Below, piece by piece: positions 50,284 through 63,292 of a DNA stretch of 64,000 nucleotides. Source of the stretch: Chiloscyllium plagiosum (Eukaryota); assembly GCF_004010195.1 (NCBI RefSeq), contig NC_057756.1, positions 1,172,424 to 1,236,423 of the forward strand. Direction: 5' to 3'. Below the pieces are notes generated by a model that saw nothing but the letters and a program-made list of their open reading frames with translations, did not search any database and was not told where the DNA came from. The first letter of the stretch is position 1. Each line of letters starts with the position of its first letter. A program made the position numbers and the translations under genes.

Positions 50284-53200
50284 CACTTCTGCCTTTTCTT
50301 TCTTTCAGAAGGTCACAAATCTATAGACGTCACTTCCTGAAAGGTGGGGAAAACAGTACCTTTAATTAATTTCTGAGGCCAAGATGGGTGACCTTTTTGA
50401 TATGCAAGCTGGTGAAAGGATGTGAGAGGTAGGCAGAAATGTAGATTTGAGGTTACTATCAGATGAGTCAAAATTGTAGTAAATAGTGGAGCAAGCTTGA
50501 GGGGATGAATACACTCCCCCTGTTCTCTGTGTGTTATTGGCAGAGAGAAAACCCTGAAGGAGAAGTTTGTGACTGCTGCCGGGATACCAGACATTAAAAC
50601 ACCTGCTTCTTAGCCTATGGTCACACATTAGTTGAACTTGGTTCCAACATCTGGCAGAGTAGGCAAGTGACACCCTCTGTACTTTCAGTCAGTGGTACCC
50701 TGGTGTTGCATGCATTTGTAAAGGCTGCTCTGTATTTTTTTCCATCCTGGTGGCTCAGGCTATGCCCGACTCTTGTTGAATTGGGCCACTCTTGTGGGTA
50801 GAGTGCTGTATTGGCTTCTACAGCATGGCTTAGCAGTAAGCGCTCCCTTCGATAACATCGACCATCGTGCCTATTGAAAGCATTCACAGGCTGACAACCT
50901 GTTAAAAACATACCTTCCAAAGCCGATCAGTTCAACTAACCAGTAAGCAGTCAATGATCTGCAGTCACATGTAGGCCAGGATGGCAGTTTCCATTCTTAA
51001 GGGACAGTAGTGAACCTGATGGATTTTCCCTGACAATTGGCAATGAATTCATGGTCATCATAAGACTCTTAATTCCAGTTTTCTTATTCAATTCAAATTC
51101 CACCTCACGCTGTGGTAGGATTTGAACTCACGTCCTCAGGACATTACTTGGTTGTCCAGTGACAATACCACTAGCCTATCAGCTTCCCTGTAATAGGACT
51201 GGTGAGGACTGTCTTCCTACTGCTGAACATATGTTGTGATGGGGTCAAAAACAAATCAAACGACACTAGCTATAGCTTTGGGGTCTCGAGTATGTTACAC
51301 CTCACTACTCCTGGAGGCTTAACATGTTTATCGAAGTACACAAAGTACTGAGAAGATAGACTCAGGCTAGCAGAAAACACAGACAAGGTTTCTATATGTA
51401 ACAAGGATTCTTATTATTACAAATAAATAGATTGTAACCACAGGTGAACAACTATAAATTGTCAACATATAACTCTCCCTTCTGAAGAGCCCTCTACACA
51501 CACACAGAGAGAAATGGAAGAAAATAGTGTTATGCATGGAGTGGATAAAGAAACAAAAACTGGGTAAGTGTTTCAATAGCCCATATTGTCAGGAAAAACC
51601 CCATAGCATTCACGGAGGAGATCCTTTTGCTTGCCAGAATTTTCTGTTCTTTAATCGCTTTCTTCCAGGTTCTTTCCACTTCTTCACAGGAGGCAGAGGC
51701 AATCGGTACATTAGCTGCAAAGTCTCCGATCTACTAGTGATGGAACATAAAGTACCTTTCTTCGGTCTTTAGCAATTTTACTTGTTAGAAAGACACACTA
51801 CTTTGTCCCTGCAGCAGTCTGAAGGCTTCTGCCAGTATTGTTCACACACGGAAAGTTCTTCAACCTACCTAGAGCCAGTTAGTTGTTGTCATGCTCATGG
51901 CCTTAGGAATCCACAACTTGACAAAGCCAGTTGCCAGCCAAAGCTCACTTTGCACATAGTCCCTGGACTGGCCGGTCTCTAAATTGCCTCCCCTCCTGCT
52001 TGAACAGATCAGCAGCGTAAGCACAACTTACAATACAATTCAGTAACTTGATTTTGAGAAAGTGCCACAATTCCTCATTCAATCCTTTTCTTTCAAATTT
52101 AGTCCACGAACAAAAATACACAAATATAAACAGATATTGCCTTTAGAAACGAGACTACACAGTGTTGAATATCAAGTGACCTCAAGGATTGGCTATTCTG
52201 TATACATTTTATGATTTGATTTGACTTATTGTTGTCACATGTACCAAGGTACAGTGAAAAGTTTTGATTTGTGAGCAGCATAGGCAGATCATAACAAACG
52301 AGGACACTTGCTTGCATGAATGTCCATGGAAGTATGAAGCAAGCTTGATACCACACCACCCTTTCAACCCCCCGTTCTCTCTGCTGTCACAATTTCATGT
52401 TATTCCTCTTGAAATAAAAAAACGTTCCCTGATGTTACTGCACCAAATCTGCTTTTCATTCTTATTCATTCATAAGATTTGGGTGGCATAAGCATATTGT
52501 CTGTCATTAACTACCCTTGAGTAATTATTGGTAGGCTAACTTCTTCAACTGCTGCAGTACATCTGCTGTATGTGCACCCACAGACCTATTGGGGAGGGTA
52601 ACATCCAGGACTTTGACCCAGAGACACTGAAGGAACAATGGCGTAGTTTTTCCAAGTCTGGATGGTGTATGACTTGTATTGGACATAGTACGTGGTGGTG
52701 TTCTCAAATCTGCTGCACTTCCTGCTCCAAAATAATTGCAGTGTCTGTGCATTAGCTCACACTCCTCCTGATGAACTTTCACTTGCCCTTTTTCTGCCAA
52801 ATCGGACAAATCCACTTGCTGCAGTGTGCAGTTTTCTGCTTTATTAGCAGCTATGTGGCCAATTGTTTTATCATCCATCAACATTTTTGTTAAGTTTTCT
52901 CTCTTTGATCTTGGCTGGGATCTTTCGCTGGCAAGTGTTTGTTGCAGACCCCAAACTGTGGTTGGCGAAACCGCTTGAGAGGGTAACCACATTGCTTTGG
53001 CTCTGGAGTCATAGGCCAGATAAGAATGGCAAACCTCAAGAAAGCATATTCACAGTTTGGCTTTTAGAACTACTGATGATAGTTCCAAAACTGGTTTTGT
53101 GTTTCAGACTTATTAATTAATTTTAACTTCCACCGTGGTGGGGGTTGAAGCTGTGTCTCCACAGCATTAGCGTTATAGGGTGAAGATTTGGATAGAAAGG

Positions 53201-53319
53201 GAAATGGGAAGAAGAACAGAAGATGGTAACTAGGTAATAGAAGCATGTCAGGGTGAATGGCCTCTTTCTTCACTGTAACAATTCTGTGATTGATTTCTTG
53301 ATTATTCATAGAATTAGAG

Positions 53320-54410
53320 ATGTACAGCACGGAAACAGAGCGTTTGGTGCAACGCGTCCATGCTGACTAGATATCCTAACAGAATCTAGTCCCATTTGCC
53401 AGCACTTGACCCATATGCCTCTAAGTGAAAGTTAGGACTGCAGATGCTGGAGATTAGAGACAGGACTGTGGTACTGGAAAAGCACAGCAGTTCAGACAGC
53501 ATCCGAGGAGCAGGAAAATCGATGTTTCGGGCAAAAGCCCTTCATCAGGAATCAATCATTTTCCTGCTCCTCCGGATGCTGCCTGACCTGCTGTGCTTTT
53601 CCAGCATCACACTCTCGACTATTCTCCAGCATCTGCAGCCCTCACTTTCATCTATTCGAATTTAACCTCACTGTGAATCCTCTGCCAAGGATGGCTACCT
53701 TGAAGAAGTTCTCCTCCTCTCCATATGCCTATAAACCCTTCCTATTCATGAAACCATCCAGATGCCTTTTAACATGTTGTCACTGTAGCGTTGGACTGAT
53801 ACAGTTACAGGCCCTTTGGGCCAAACTGGTCCATACCAATCAAAATGTCAATGCTAACCCCTTTTCCCTGCACTTGACCCATATCCTTCCAAACCTTTCC
53901 TATCCATGTATTTGTCCAAATGTCTTTTAAATGTGCCCGCCTCAAACACTTCCACTGGCAGCTCATTCAAAATGTTTATTACCCTCTCTTGTCAAAACGT
54001 TGCCCCTCAGGTTCTCATTTATTCTTTCCTCTCTAAACTTAACCTGATGCCTTCCAGTCCTTGACTCCCCAACTTTGGGAAAGCGACTGAACACACTTAC
54101 CCTATCCATGCCTCTCATGATCTTATGGAAATTTATAAGATCTCCCGTCAGCCTCTTACGTTTTAAAATAAAAAAGTCCTCGCTTGTCCACTGAGTCCTG
54201 GCAACATCTTTGTAAATTTCTTACACACGCTTTCCAGTTTAATGATGTCCTTCCTACAGCAAGGTGACCAGAGCTGATCACAATACTCCAAGTGCGACCT
54301 CACCAACATCCTGTATAACTGCGACATAACATCCCAACTTCTATATTCAATGCCCTGACAGATGAAGGCCAGTGTGCCAAAAGCCTTCTTCATTGCTCTA
54401 TCCACATGGA
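53320..54410 (-). mobile_element. CR1 3' fragments with a Penelope fold-back insert (53425-53720)
   Basis: LVRSHLEYCDQLWSP; insert flanked by CCATATGCCT(C/A)TAA at 53411-53424 and 53721-53734. Confidence 0.85.
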
Positions 54411-54737
54411 CACATTACCAATATGTCACATTCTCCTAAGCTTACACACCCGACATGAAACCCACATCACGGATACTGATACAAACAGCGAAGAACCCAG
54501 CATGAGTCTAGCAGAAGCTCGTTGGAAAGCAGTCCTTCCCATTCCCAAGTTGACCATAAGCTTGTTTGTTGCCATTGGGCAAACTTTGGTCCCACTGGGC
54601 CACTTTGCAGTGAGCTTTTAACTGACAGACCAGACTGTAGCAGCACCCTACTGCGCCTAACGTCAGACATTCTCATGTCCTTCGTCACCAATACAGGCAC
54701 CCAGCAGACAAAGGCAGGGCTGCAAACTGGGTAACAC

Positions 54738-54743
54738 TTTATT
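54738..54743 (-). promoter_or_regulatory. Candidate polyadenylation signal (AATAAA) of the minus-strand gene
   Basis: tttatt on + strand about 200 nt downstream of the TAA. Confidence 0.55.
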
Positions 54744-54945
54744 GATTCATATAAATTCTGTGAACCAACACGGTCACCCAGGTGGAGTTTGCATTCTGGT
54801 TCGGAAGTGCTTTCTTTGCTCCTTTTAGTGTTTCTACAAAAAGGTGATTTCTGCAACACCCCCCAATTCGCCTGTCTGCTCCCCCCAACAAACATCTCCC
54901 TCTTAAATAAGTGGCACTGGTACTCGGTCAGGGCTGGCGAGGAGC

Positions 54946-55790
54946 TTACGGTCGGCGATCTCGAAGAGCCCGGGCACGAGGGGCTCTGGCTTCGGGTGGA
55001 GGTACCATCGCTGCCTCCGGGGCAGTGGGCGGTTGGGGATGCGGTGAAGGTGTGGACGCGCTGGAGTCCCGAGGGGGGCAGGACCGCACCACTCCCGTCG
55101 CACCGCCCCGTGCCCGGGCCTCGTCGGCGCCCCCGCTGGCCGGTGGCAGGGCAGACTCCAGGAGGCCGGTGACGCGGCCGAAGCCACGGTCGATGCGCGC
55201 TCCCAACCTTTCCAAGCCTGAGGAGATGGTGCAGGCCAGGGCCTGGATGGCACTGGTCTGAGCCTCGATCAACGAGGCCAAGGCCGGTGCCATGGGCTCC
55301 AGAACGGGGGGCTTCACCGCCGCTTCCACTGAGCTAACCATGTGCTCCATGGCAGACTGCAGGGTGGTGATACCCTGAGGCAGAACGCCACACAGTATGG
55401 AAGCAGAGTCTTCAACACTCTCCGATAGGGTGAGGCAGCTCCGAGACAAACTGTCCAAGGCTTCCAGCAGTTGGTGGTGAACGTGGAAGATCTTACGCTT
55501 GAAAGCCGGGCCACTCAATTCCGCGTCTCGGTGCTCCTCGGCATAGCTGGAGTCGGAGCTGGCCCTGTGGCCATCTGTCTCCTGCAGTGTCCTTTCCAGT
55601 ATGTTCAGCTCCTGCTCGCTACTGCCGAACAATTCGCCGCGTGAGGACTCTTGGAGTTCGCCCTCTCTCCCATCAGCCATGCTGATCTCCGTGTTGTGGT
55701 ACTGAAAGGACGGAGCTGATGATGGCACCTCTCCCATCAGGGGGCGCTCCTCCATCTCGTGCCCGGCCAAGCCCAGATAATGGGACAGAC
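54946..55790 (-). CDS. Last coding exon of the same putative Myb/SANT-type gene
   Basis: ccctttttcctccag| acceptor in phase 1 matching the upstream exon; 845-nt stop-free frame (ORF 54946..55770) with acidic/Ser-rich linker, helical heptad-like region and Pro-rich tail; ends TAA. Confidence 0.72.
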
Positions 55791-55965
55791 CTGGAGGAAA
55801 AAGGGAGAGGGGAGAAGGGGGTCAGCGGGCACCCGGGAGCCAGGGGAAGAAATAGCTGCACGGAGTGGCCACCCACCCACCCCCCTCCCCACCAATCCGG
55901 GGCGACCGCGCTTCCGACGCCACGCCTCAGCGAATCACGAGTGGCTACAGGAATGCAGAAGGCAC

Positions 55966-56125
55966 CCTGTGAAACTTGGCCTCCAGCCTCGCCGTTCTCA
56001 ATGCTCCTCCGGCTGTAGATCTCCACAATGTCCAGGGCCTCCTGCTCCATCTGGGTGGGGGCTTGGATGGAAAGCGGGCGCTCTCCACCGCCCAGCGGGT
56101 TCCTTGGTTTCTGCGCCAGCTTGTC
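55966..56125 (-). CDS. Penultimate exon of a putative Harbinger-derived Myb/SANT-type (NAIF1/MSANTD-like) gene
   Basis: ctaac branch site and ctctttccgcag| acceptor; DKLAQKPRNPLGGGERPLSIQAPTQMEQEALDIVEIYSRRSIENGEAGGQVSQ(G), resembling the KLA...GGG....T.ME..AL.I segment that follows the Myb/SANT domain in Harbinger DNA-binding proteins; CAGG|gtgcct donor, phase 1. Confidence 0.68.
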
Positions 56126-56457
56126 CTGCGGAAAGAGCCGGGAACCCGAGTTAGTTGCTTTGTTTATTTTTCTTTCCCCCTACGTTCAGCAATGTTCGGA
56201 AGAACTTGCTGCATCTTCTACCTACGTTCCAGGCGTCGAGGTGAAATTCTCATTAGGCATTAGCAAATTGCCGATTAAAAGGGATTATTGCTTGTTAATG
56301 ACCTTATTAGTTCCAGATCTCACCACCTGAATTTTAGTTGCTTTGTTTAATTCACTTGCAAGATGGAATCATCAGCTAGGCCAGCATTTATCACCCATCC
56401 CCAATTGCCCAGAAGGCAGTTAAGAATCAACTGTGTTGCTGTGGGTCAGGCCTCATG

Positions 56458-56810
56458 TCATAGAATCCCGACAGTGTAGAACAGGCCCTTTGGCCCAACA
56501 AGTTCACACCAACCCTCTGTAGAGTAACCCACCCAGACCCATTTCCCCACTTTATTATCCTTATATTTTCTCTTGACTAATGCACCTAGTCCACACATCC
56601 TTGAACTTTTTGAGCAATTCAGCATGGCTAATGCACCTAAACTGCACATCTTTGCATTGTGGGAGGAAACTGGAGCTCCCGGAGGAAACCTACACAGACA
56701 CGCGGAGAGTGTGCAAACTCCACAAGGACAATAGCCAGAGGCTGGAATCGAACCCAGGTCCCTAGTGCTGTGAGGCAGCAATGCTAACCACTGAACCACC
56801 TTGCCACACC
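56458..56810 (-). mobile_element. HE1-like SINE nested in an older SINE/LINE-tail repeat (about 56360-57030)
   Basis: SINE head/body; flanks join into the ggccagcatttat...atgtaggccagac repeat. Confidence 0.82.
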
Positions 56811-57189
56811 ATGTAGGCCAGACTGGGTAAGGATGGCAGTTTCCTTCCCTTAAGGATATCTGTGATTCAGATTGGATTTGTCTGACAGTCAACATTGAGT
56901 TAATGATCATTAGACTCTTAATTCTGGATTTAAAAAAAAAAATTCCATCATGTGCCAAGGCAGAGTTTGAACCAGTGTCCATGGAATATTACCTGGGTCT
57001 CTTGGATGAACAATCTAGCGATTACCCTACTACCCTCCCCTAACCTCCATTCCCCTACTGCCAGTATGGCCAGCTGCTGTAACAAAAAAGGGCTGTGAGT
57101 CAGACACAGGGAGAGTGGAGCAGGATGGTCTGGCACAGATGGCACACAGCAGCAGTAGCATCTAAAAATGGAAAAGGGAGCTTTTCACA

Positions 57190-57503
57190 GAAACATAATC
57201 TCCACCGTGCAGATACAGGCCATTCAGCCCATCGAATGGCCTGTCCAGACAACCTCTGCTCCTGAATTGCCAACATGGCTAACCCACCTAGCCTGCACAT
57301 CCCTGGATACATCACTGGGCAATTTAGCGTGGACAATTGACGTAACCTGCACATCTTTGGATTGTGGGAGAAAACCGCAACACCCGGGAGAAACCCACCC
57401 AGACAGAGAGAGAATGTGCAACCTCCACAGTCAGTCGCCCGAGGTTAGAATTGAACCACTGTCCCTGGTGTTGTGAAACAGCAGCGCTAACCACTGAGCC
57501 ACT
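57190..57503 (-). mobile_element. HE1-like SINE
   Basis: SINE head and body. Confidence 0.8.
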
Positions 57504-59265
57504 GGGCTGTACGTTCTTGTGGAAGGTCAGTGACCTAAGGTCAACTCTCGCTTCCCTCTGCAAGAACTGTTGGCATTTACCAAAAGGGGTAAAAGTTGGG
57601 TAGATTGTAGCCATAACTGACAGAAAATACACAAAATCATCACACACAGAGGCCAGGAAATTATTGGAGTGTGAAGGAAGTTGGGGGTTTGGAAAGTGTG
57701 AGTATTTGGTGCAGTGAGGCCATCCGCTTTGAATATTTAGCAAGTGCTTCATGCCAATAAGACAAATTACCTTCAATATCTGTCCCCTGTTAATGTTTGT
57801 AGCAGGAAGGATGAGGGAGAAACAAAACAAAATAAGAATTTGAAAGAAACATGCTTTCAGCATAGACTGAGTTAAGGGAGACCAATGTCTGTCTGAACTG
57901 AAATATGTGGGAGTTTGTGATTGTAAGATTAGCCTCCTTAATGCCTCTGATGCAGTTACCTTGAATCTGAGGGCAAGTCCTCTTTTTTCAAAAAAAATTA
58001 TCCCAACATGTTGGCAATGCTGATTGTGCCAGCATTTATTGACCTCCCCCTAACTGCCCAAGGGAAGGTGCTAATGAGACACTCAAATACTGCAGTCCAT
58101 GTAGGGCAAGGTACGCTGCGAGATGTTGTGGTTTAGGTTACCTTTAACCCGCTCACCTGCTCGCTATATTCATGAATGAATGGGAACCCAGTATTAATAA
58201 CTCCTTTACTAACCCACTCACAAGCGAATACTGCGTTCATGTTTCATTCATGCATAACTCCCTACTCAAACACTGTTTCATTCATTCATGAATAAAACTC
58301 CAGTTCTGTAGTATATTTTACTATCATAAGATAGAAAGTTTTGTTTTAAAATTTTGTCTAATCAAAACAGCCTTTTCAAGCCCATTCACACCTTATCGGC
58401 CCTTGCTACCTCTGACTAAGTGTAGCATACAGATCAATATCATGACTGCCATCAAGTCTCCATGAAAGATTATAACATTAATTAGCCCTTATCAACCGTC
58501 TCTCAGACCTGAATAGATTACAGGACAAACAGTTTCCCGAATTAGTATGTACTTGTTAAAATATCTTTTAAACTGGGCCATTATCCCTTTAAGAAACTGT
58601 CAAAAGCAGTGCTTCCATGAAATCACATGAATGAATGAAACTCACACTGGCAAATAGTAGACAAACCTCACAATCCAACTGCGATAATCAATTTATTAAT
58701 CTTTATTCTTTTATTAGATACAGGTACAATTTCTAACTTAGAGCACTTATTCACTAACTTAAAAGACAGAAGGACTAACACTTCTTAATTATGCAAGCAG
58801 ACTGGACAGACACTCAATCCTATCAGAAGTAGCAGCCAGCATTTGACACGCTTTAACCTATCTCCTGTCTCCCAGGACAGAAGCCCCTCAAACCTTTGTG
58901 TTCCATAGATAAAACAATGTAACATATATTAAAATTCCATTACTATGGTAAGAACTGTGCATAAAAAGGCTCGTGTGAGAACTGTATTTCAGGACTCTAT
59001 TGCTACCTTGAACTTGTGCTACTTGCGATTTCTGAATAAAGAAGCTAGTTTTGCCACTCACTGATTTTGATCATTATTTGAACATGATGCCATAATGCCC
59101 AGAATTTTTAGTGTAGGGAATTTCAGGATGTTGACCTCCAACAGTCAAGAAAAACAGATTTAATTCCATCGTATTATCCCTACTTGGAAAATCAGTATCA
59201 CTTCATTGTCGCAGGGTTAATACCCTGTAACACTCTTCCTAGCAAGTGTGGATGTTACAACAGCA

Positions 59266-59451
59266 GAAAATGTGTTGCTGGAAAAGCGCAGCAGGTCAGG
59301 CAGCATTCAAGGAGCAGGAGAATCAACGTTTCGGGCATGAGCCCTTCTTCAGGATTCCTGCTCCTTGGATGCTGCCTGACCTGCTGCGCTTTTCCAGCAA
59401 CACATTTTCAGCTCTGATCTCCAGCACCTGCAGTCCTCACTTTCCCCTGGG
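59266..59451. mobile_element. Fold-back Penelope mini-insert
   Basis: near-perfect inverted arms; 13-bp duplication TGTTACAACAGCA at 59253-59265 and 59452-59464. Confidence 0.88.
59319..59358 (-). ncRNA. Minimal hammerhead ribozyme motif (Penelope-type)
   Basis: GGAAUC-CUGAAGA-A-GGGC(UCAU)GCCC-GAAA-CG-UU-GAUUCU; stems I and II pair. Confidence 0.68.
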
Positions 59452-59679
59452 TGTTACAACAGCACAGTGACTGCAGAGCTTTAAGAAAGAGACTTCCCAT
59501 CACTTTCTCAAGGGCAATTCAGAATGGGTCACAAATACTGGCCTTGCCAAAGATATTAACGTCCCAGGAAGTGATATCAAAACAACACAGAAGGGTCATA
59601 TAATGAGAGAGCTACAGCTCAGAAAAAGGCTTTTTGGCCCATCACATCTGTACCAGTCAAAACAACGACCTAACAAGTA

Positions 59680-60290
59680 GATAGGACAGTGAAGATGGTG
59701 GTGTTTGGTTTGCCTTTACTCATCAGTGCGTTACGTATAGGAATTGGGAGGTCATGTTGCAACTACACAGGACATTGGTTAAGCCAGTTTTAGAATACTG
59801 TGTGCAATTCTGGTCTCCTTGCTACAGGAAGGATGTGGTGAAACGTAACAGTTTAGAAAAGATTTATAAGGATGTTGACAGGGCTGGAGGGAGAGGCTGA
59901 ATAGGCTGGGGCTATTTTCCCTTAACATCGGAGGCAGAGGCGTGACCTTATAGAGGTTTATAGAATCATGAGGGGCATGGATAGAAAAGGTCATTTCCCC
60001 AGGGTGGAAGCGTGGAGAAGTCCAAAACTAGAGGACATAGGTTTAAGGTGAGAGAGGGGAAAGATTTAAAAAGGATCGAAGAGGCAACTTTTTCCATGCA
60101 TAATGCAGTGTGTGTATGGAATGAGTTGCCAGAAGAGGTACAGTTACAACATTTTAAAAAGACATCTGGATGGGTATACAGTACAAATATGAAGGGCTTA
60201 GAGGGATGTGGGCCAGGTGCTGGCAAACAGAACTAGATTTATTTAGAATACCTAGTTGGCATGAAGCATCTGTCTCTGTACTGTGGATCT
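59680..60290 (+). mobile_element. CR1 3' fragment
   Basis: KTRGHRFKVR, VCVWNELPEEV. Confidence 0.85.
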
Positions 60291-60589
60291 CTGATGCCAA
60301 CAATGCAAATTCCATTTTGTAGCACTTGTCAAGTTTTTTTTTATTTACTCATGGAATGTGGGCATCGCTAGCTGGCCAGCATTTATTGCCCATCCTTAAT
60401 TGCCTTTGAACTGCATGGCTTGCTTGCTCAGCTATTTCAGAGGGCACATGAGACTTAACCACATTACTGCACACCTGAAGTCACATGAAGGCCAGACCAG
60501 GTGAAGATAGCAGATTCCTTCCCTGAAGGACATTAGTGAACCAGATGAGTTGTTGTTGTCAATCGACAGTATTCACGGTCTGGAGCAGA

Positions 60590-62960
60590 ATCACAGAGAC
60601 GTACAACATGGAAACAAACCCTTTGATCCAACTCTGGTGCATTCCGACCAGAAATCCTAACTTAATCTGGTCCTATTTGCCAGCACTTGGCCCATATTCC
60701 TCTAAATCATTCCTATTCATATATCTATTAAATGCTGTAATTGTACCAGCCTCTACCACTTCCTCTGGCAGCTCATTCCACACACAAAACCACTCAGTGT
60801 AAAAGAGTTGCCCCTTATGTCCCTTTTAAATTTCTCCCCTTTCACCCTAAACTTATGCCCTCTAGTTCTGGACTCCCACACACCACAGAAAACACCTGGT
60901 CTATTTACCCTATCCATGCCTCTCATGATTTTATAAACCTCTATAAGGTCACCCCTCAGCTTCTGATGCTCCAGGGAAAACAGCCCAGCTTATTCAGCCT
61001 GTCCTTGTAGCTCAAAACCCTGGCAATATCCTTACAAATCTTTTCTGAACCCTTTCACATTTCACAACATCCTTCCGATAGGAGGGAGACTAGAATGGCA
61101 CGCAATATTCTAAAACTGACCGAACCAATGTCGTGTATGGCCGCAACATGACCTCCCAACTCCTAAAGTCAATACACTGACCAATAAAGGAAAGCATACC
61201 AAATGCCTTCCTCACTGTCCTATCTACCTGCAAGTCTACTTTCAAGGATCTATGAACTTGCACTCAGAGGTCTTTGTTCAGCAACACACCCCAAGATCTC
61301 ACCATTAAGTGCACAAGCCCTGTTCCGATTTGCCTTTCCAAAATGCAGCACCTCACATTTATCTAAATTAAACTCCATCTGCCACTCCTGAGCACATTGG
61401 CCCATCTGATCAAGATCCCGTCGTACTGAGGTAACTTTCTTCACTGTCCACTACACCTCCAATTTTGGTGTCATCTGCAAATTTACTAACTGTACCTCCA
61501 ATGTTCACATCCAAATCATTTATATAAATGATGAAAAGCAACAGACCCAGCACTGATCCTTGTGGCACACTACTGGTCACAGGCCTCCAGTCTGAAAAGC
61601 AACTCTTCATCAGCACCCTGTCTTCTACCTTCAAACGAGTTCTGTATTCAAATGGCTAGTTCTTTCTGTATTCTATGAGATTTAACTTTGCTCAGCAGTA
61701 TACCATGAGGAACCTTTTCAAACGTCTTACAAAAGTCTATATCTCACATCCACCACTCTGCCCTCACCATACATCTTTGTGACTTCTTCAAAAATCTCAA
61801 TCAAGTTCGAGAGACATGATTTCCCAAGCACAAAGCCATGTTGACTATTGCTATTTAATCCTTGCCTTTCCAAATGTGTAAATCCTGTCCCTCGGGATTC
61901 CCTCCAACAACTTGCCCACCACTGATGTCAGGCTCATTGGCAGTTATCTGGCTTTTCCTTACCACCTTTCTTAAATAGTGGCACCACATTAGCCAACCTC
62001 CAGTCTTCCACTACCTCACCTGTGACTATCAATGATACAAGTATATCTCAGCAAGGGACCCAACAATCACTTCCCTAGCTTCCCACAAAGTTGTAGGGTA
62101 CACTTGATCAGGTCCTGGGGATTTATCCACATGTGTTTTAAGACATCCAACACTTCCCCCTTTGCAATACGGACATTTTTCAAGACATCACCATCTATTT
62201 CCCCACATTCCATACCATCCAAGTCCTTCTCCACAGTAAACACTGATGTAAAATACTCATTTCTGCCCCATCTCCTGCGGTTCCACACATAGGCTGCCTT
62301 GCTGATCTTTGAGGTGCCCTATTCTGTCCCTAGTTACCCTTTTGCTCTTATTGCATTTATAAAATCCCTTTGGATTTTCCTTAATCCCATTTGCCAAAGC
62401 TATCTCATGTCCCCTTTTTGCCCTCCAGATTTCCCCCTTAAATATACTTCGACTGCCTTTATACGCTAACAATTCCCTCGATCTCTGCCTTCTATACCTG
62501 ACATGCTTCCTTATTTTTCTTAAACAAAACGTCAATTTGTCTAGTCATCCAGCATTTCCTACACCTACCAGTCTTGCCTTTCACCCAAACAGGAACATAC
62601 TGTCTCTAGGCTCTTGTTATCTCATTTTTGAAGGCTTCCCATTTTCCAGCCATTGCTTTACCTGCTAACATCTATTCCCAGTCAACTTTTGAATGTTCTT
62701 GCCTAATACCATCAAAATTGGCCTTCCTCAAAAGTTCCACTTGTAGATCTGGTCTATCATTTTCCATCACTACTTCAAAACTAATAAAATTATGGATGCT
62801 GGCCCCAAAGTGCACCTCCACTGATATCTCGGTCACCTACCTGGCCTTATTTCCCAAGGATAGGTCAAGTTTTGCAGCTTCTCTCATAGGTATATCCACA
62901 TATGTTTTCTTGTACACACAAATTCCTCTCCACCTAAACCCTTAACACTATGGCAATAAC
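60590..62960 (-). mobile_element. 5'-truncated CR1 ORF2
   Basis: [43 protein letters not shown]. Confidence 0.92.
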
Positions 62961-63292
62961 TTCTTAATTCCAGAAATTCGGGTTTCAAATTCATGGCAGG
63001 ATTCAAACTCAAGTCTCCAGAACACTAGTGGAGTTACTGGATTAATAGTCTAGTGATAATACTATGAGGCCTTCAACTCGGCAGTAACATAATATCATTC
63101 ATTTGAAGAATAAGTTTGAGGCTTTCTACATCTACCATTCTTACAGGTAGTCAGTTCCAGATGCCCATCACACTCTGGGTGAAAAGATTTCTCTCGCATC
63201 TGCTCCAAACCTTCTGTCCCCTCCCTTAAATGTACGGCCCTGGTCAATAATCCAGTGACCAAAGGGGAAAAGTTCCTTCCTGTCTACCTATC

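Larger units (their letters stand above)
54930..56150. other. CpG/GC-rich island
   Basis: visibly dense CG dinucleotides compared with the CpG-depleted remainder of the window; not computed. Confidence 0.6.

Noticed and set aside
51232..52160. Possible solo LTRs (also about 7990-8556 and 58124-59090)
   Set aside because: Start with TGTT and are non-coding, but matching ends and target duplications could not be established
54789..55261. Overlapping + strand and alternate-frame ORFs
   Set aside because: Shadows of the GC-rich minus-strand exon, with no splice or homology support
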